Origin: Scyliorhinus canicula | Lineage: Eukaryota | Direction: 5' to 3' | DNA: 64,000 nucleotides | Assembly: GCF_902713615.1 (NCBI RefSeq) | Contig: NC_052160.1 | Span: 95,776,493 to 95,840,492 of the forward strand | Shown here: piece by piece, positions 61,850-64,000 of the stretch | Layout: every line of letters starts with the position of its first letter | Position numbering within the stretch: position 1 is the stretch's first letter | Notes under the pieces: generated by a model | Told to the model about the DNA's origin: nothing | Database searches by the model: none | The model's input: the letters and a program-made list of their open reading frames with translations, nothing else | Position numbers and translations under genes: made by a program

Positions 61850-62885
61850 GGGCGCGATTCTCAGGCCTTTGTGCTCTCGCACAAGTGAAACAAGGCCGGT
61901 GAATAGCGGGAGAGGCCAAAAATGAGAACTGCGCCAGGCGGAAACAGTTTGCAATGCAACCGGCCCACTCGTGTAGTCAAAATCGGGATCTCACCGTAGT
62001 GTGGCGAGAAACCAATTATCACCACTTAAGTCCAATTTTCGAACAATTAACGGGAGCCATACCATATCCAACAGTCTCCCGTTATTCAGCGGCCTCCCAA
62101 GCAAGTGCTCACGCTGCTGTCGATTAATACACCTTTTCATCTCCCAATCGATCCCCATGGGGTTCCCTGTAGCATGTGGGAGTCATTGCCTAGCATCCCA
62201 ATCACACATTGATGCCTGGACACTGTGCTTGAACACTGCAGGAGGCAACACCACACACGCAGCAGCCAACATCTGAACACTCAGGGGATGGGACACTGCC
62301 CCAGTTACATGTCCATGGCCGGAGGGTGGGTGGGTGCCAAGGGGAGGGGGAGATGCCCGGAGAGATGGGCTAAGGGATCGGAGGTCAGCCTGTATTGAGA
62401 AAGAAAGTGACAGAGGCGCCAAATATTGCACAAGTGTGTTTAATGTGTTTTATAGTTCTCCACTTTCCCAATGGTGCCGGCCCTCCCCCACACGCCCTCT
62501 CCCCACCCCTACCTCCCTGTCACCCTCCCCCGGTGGCCTCAGTGATCCTCAAAGTGCTTGACCCTCCTAGCTCTACCGCTACATCTAGGTGTCTCTCCAG
62601 GGCGCACATCAGAGGTGGAGGCTGCCTTTGATGCCCCTGGCAGGCATCCTCTGTTGGCTCTGAGACCTGAGGGCCCTGGCTCACTTGCATCATGTGCTGA
62701 CTTCGAAACACGGCCTCATCAGAGGGGTGAAACTCAGGGGAGCTTGTGGCAACCGCCACTACTCAATGGGACAGGTCTGGGTTGGCACCCAGCGCCCCCT
62801 TTTCCCGGATGGTGCCCATCGGGCCCTGAGTTTACCTTGGAATGGAGGGGCAGCTGATTCGAGCCCCGGCTGCCCCTACATCATG
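61850..62885. mobile_element. Truncated Harbinger-derived element
   Basis: Left TIR gggcgcgattctc and a GC-rich interior. The right end is replaced by an L1 fragment. Confidence 0.5.
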
Positions 62886-62889
62886 TGGC

Positions 62890-63380
62890 TCTGGTAGTGG
62901 ACTGTTGCGAGAGGGGCGGATGGGGGCCAGTGAACCATGCTCATATGTTCTGGGTGTGTGAGGAGTTGGAGAACATTTGGGAGGGGGTATTTAGGAACCT
63001 ATTGAGGATTGTAGGGTTTGAGATGAAGCCGGACCCAATGGTGGTGAACTTTGGGATGTCAGAGTTGCCGGAGCTTCTGGAGGGAAGGGGTCTGATGTTG
63101 TGGCCTTAGCCTCTCTAATTGCCCGGCGACGGATACTTTTGAATTGGAGGCCGGCTATGCCAATGGGGGTCGCGGCATGGTTAGGAGACTTGTACGAGTT
63201 TCTCAGGTTGCAGAAAACCAAATTTGGCCTAAGAGGGTCAGAGGAGAGTCTCGAGTATGTTCATGACTATATTTGAGGAGCTGTTTGTCATGGAGGGGGG
63301 GAAGTAAATGGGGAAAATGTACAAACTGTATATTCAGCTGAATGTTAAGGTTATGTACTATGATGAACATATATTTTTTA
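62890..63380 (+). mobile_element. L1/Tx1 LINE ORF2 C-terminus and 3' UTR
   Basis: CERGG..PVNHAHMFWVC zinc-knuckle region, followed by a frameshifted ALASLIARRRILLNWR. Confidence 0.8.
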
Positions 63381-64000
63381 AAAAGACTCCGTGGGGAAAA
63401 TCCGTTGTCTATGGCCCACCTATTCTGAGGGACTGGAGCTGATGTAAAACCCCTCAGGCTGTATGCACTCGAGAATGTTTGAAGCGAAATGTAAATTGTA
63501 AATATAACCTGTAATTGAGAATGTAATGGGACATTTAGATATAATTTAAATGTTTCATCAGGTTGCCAAGTACTGTACTGAAAGAAACGGAACTCTTACT
63601 TTGGCTGAAATGTTCCGGTCCCGCTGATGGCGAAATTCCGCCGCACGTTCTCCGGCGGTGGAGGATGCGGGGCACACAAAACCCCGTAGACTTTGGAGTG
63701 ACTGGAAGACCCCACCACCTGCCAATACCGGGCCTCCTCCCGGGCCACCTCCGCCACTGGTAGATATGCCATGGGGGGGGGGGGGGGGAGGGTGGAGAAT
63801 GGAAAATGCCACCAAGTTTGTAATGTCAATTTAGAACTGTTATGTAATATGCATTTACAAATTTCATGAACAAAGTATGTTTTTTTATTGTAAAAATGTT
63901 TGATCACTATTCATACTACTCAGCAGAAGCCAATTAATTGCAATCAGTGACCCCCAGCTCGAGTTCCTTGCACAATCTTCCCTCTCCCAAAATTAAATGT

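Overview
Repeat-dense vertebrate genomic DNA. The HE1-type tRNA/CR1-tail SINEs and the CR1, L2, L1, Gypsy and Harbinger elements point to a cartilaginous fish (shark); this is inferred, not confirmed. The one clear host gene is APOBEC2 on the minus strand: coding exon 1 at 61045-60912 and exon 2 at 48814-48276, giving 222 aa with intact HAE and PCAAC motifs and a splice donor 4 nt after the stop. Other features are two related Gypsy LTR retrotransposons (1950-6541, and a composite three-LTR insertion at 7983-16057 with a CTCCC target-site duplication), a nearly complete two-gene PIF/Harbinger transposon (18529-24153) with short non-autonomous derivatives, an orphan papilin exon, an intron-containing tRNA-Arg-derived gene with an altered anticodon, a ~58-copy 21-bp tandem array, and many LINE, SINE and solo-LTR fragments. 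The most notable signal is in the Gypsy elements. They have no tRNA primer-binding site. Instead, the sequence after the 5' LTR is a 13-15 nt perfect complement of a segment inside the LTR, with a compensatory base change between the two families, which suggests self-priming. Both families also share a YLDN reverse-transcriptase motif in place of YxDD. All calls were made by eye, without database searches.
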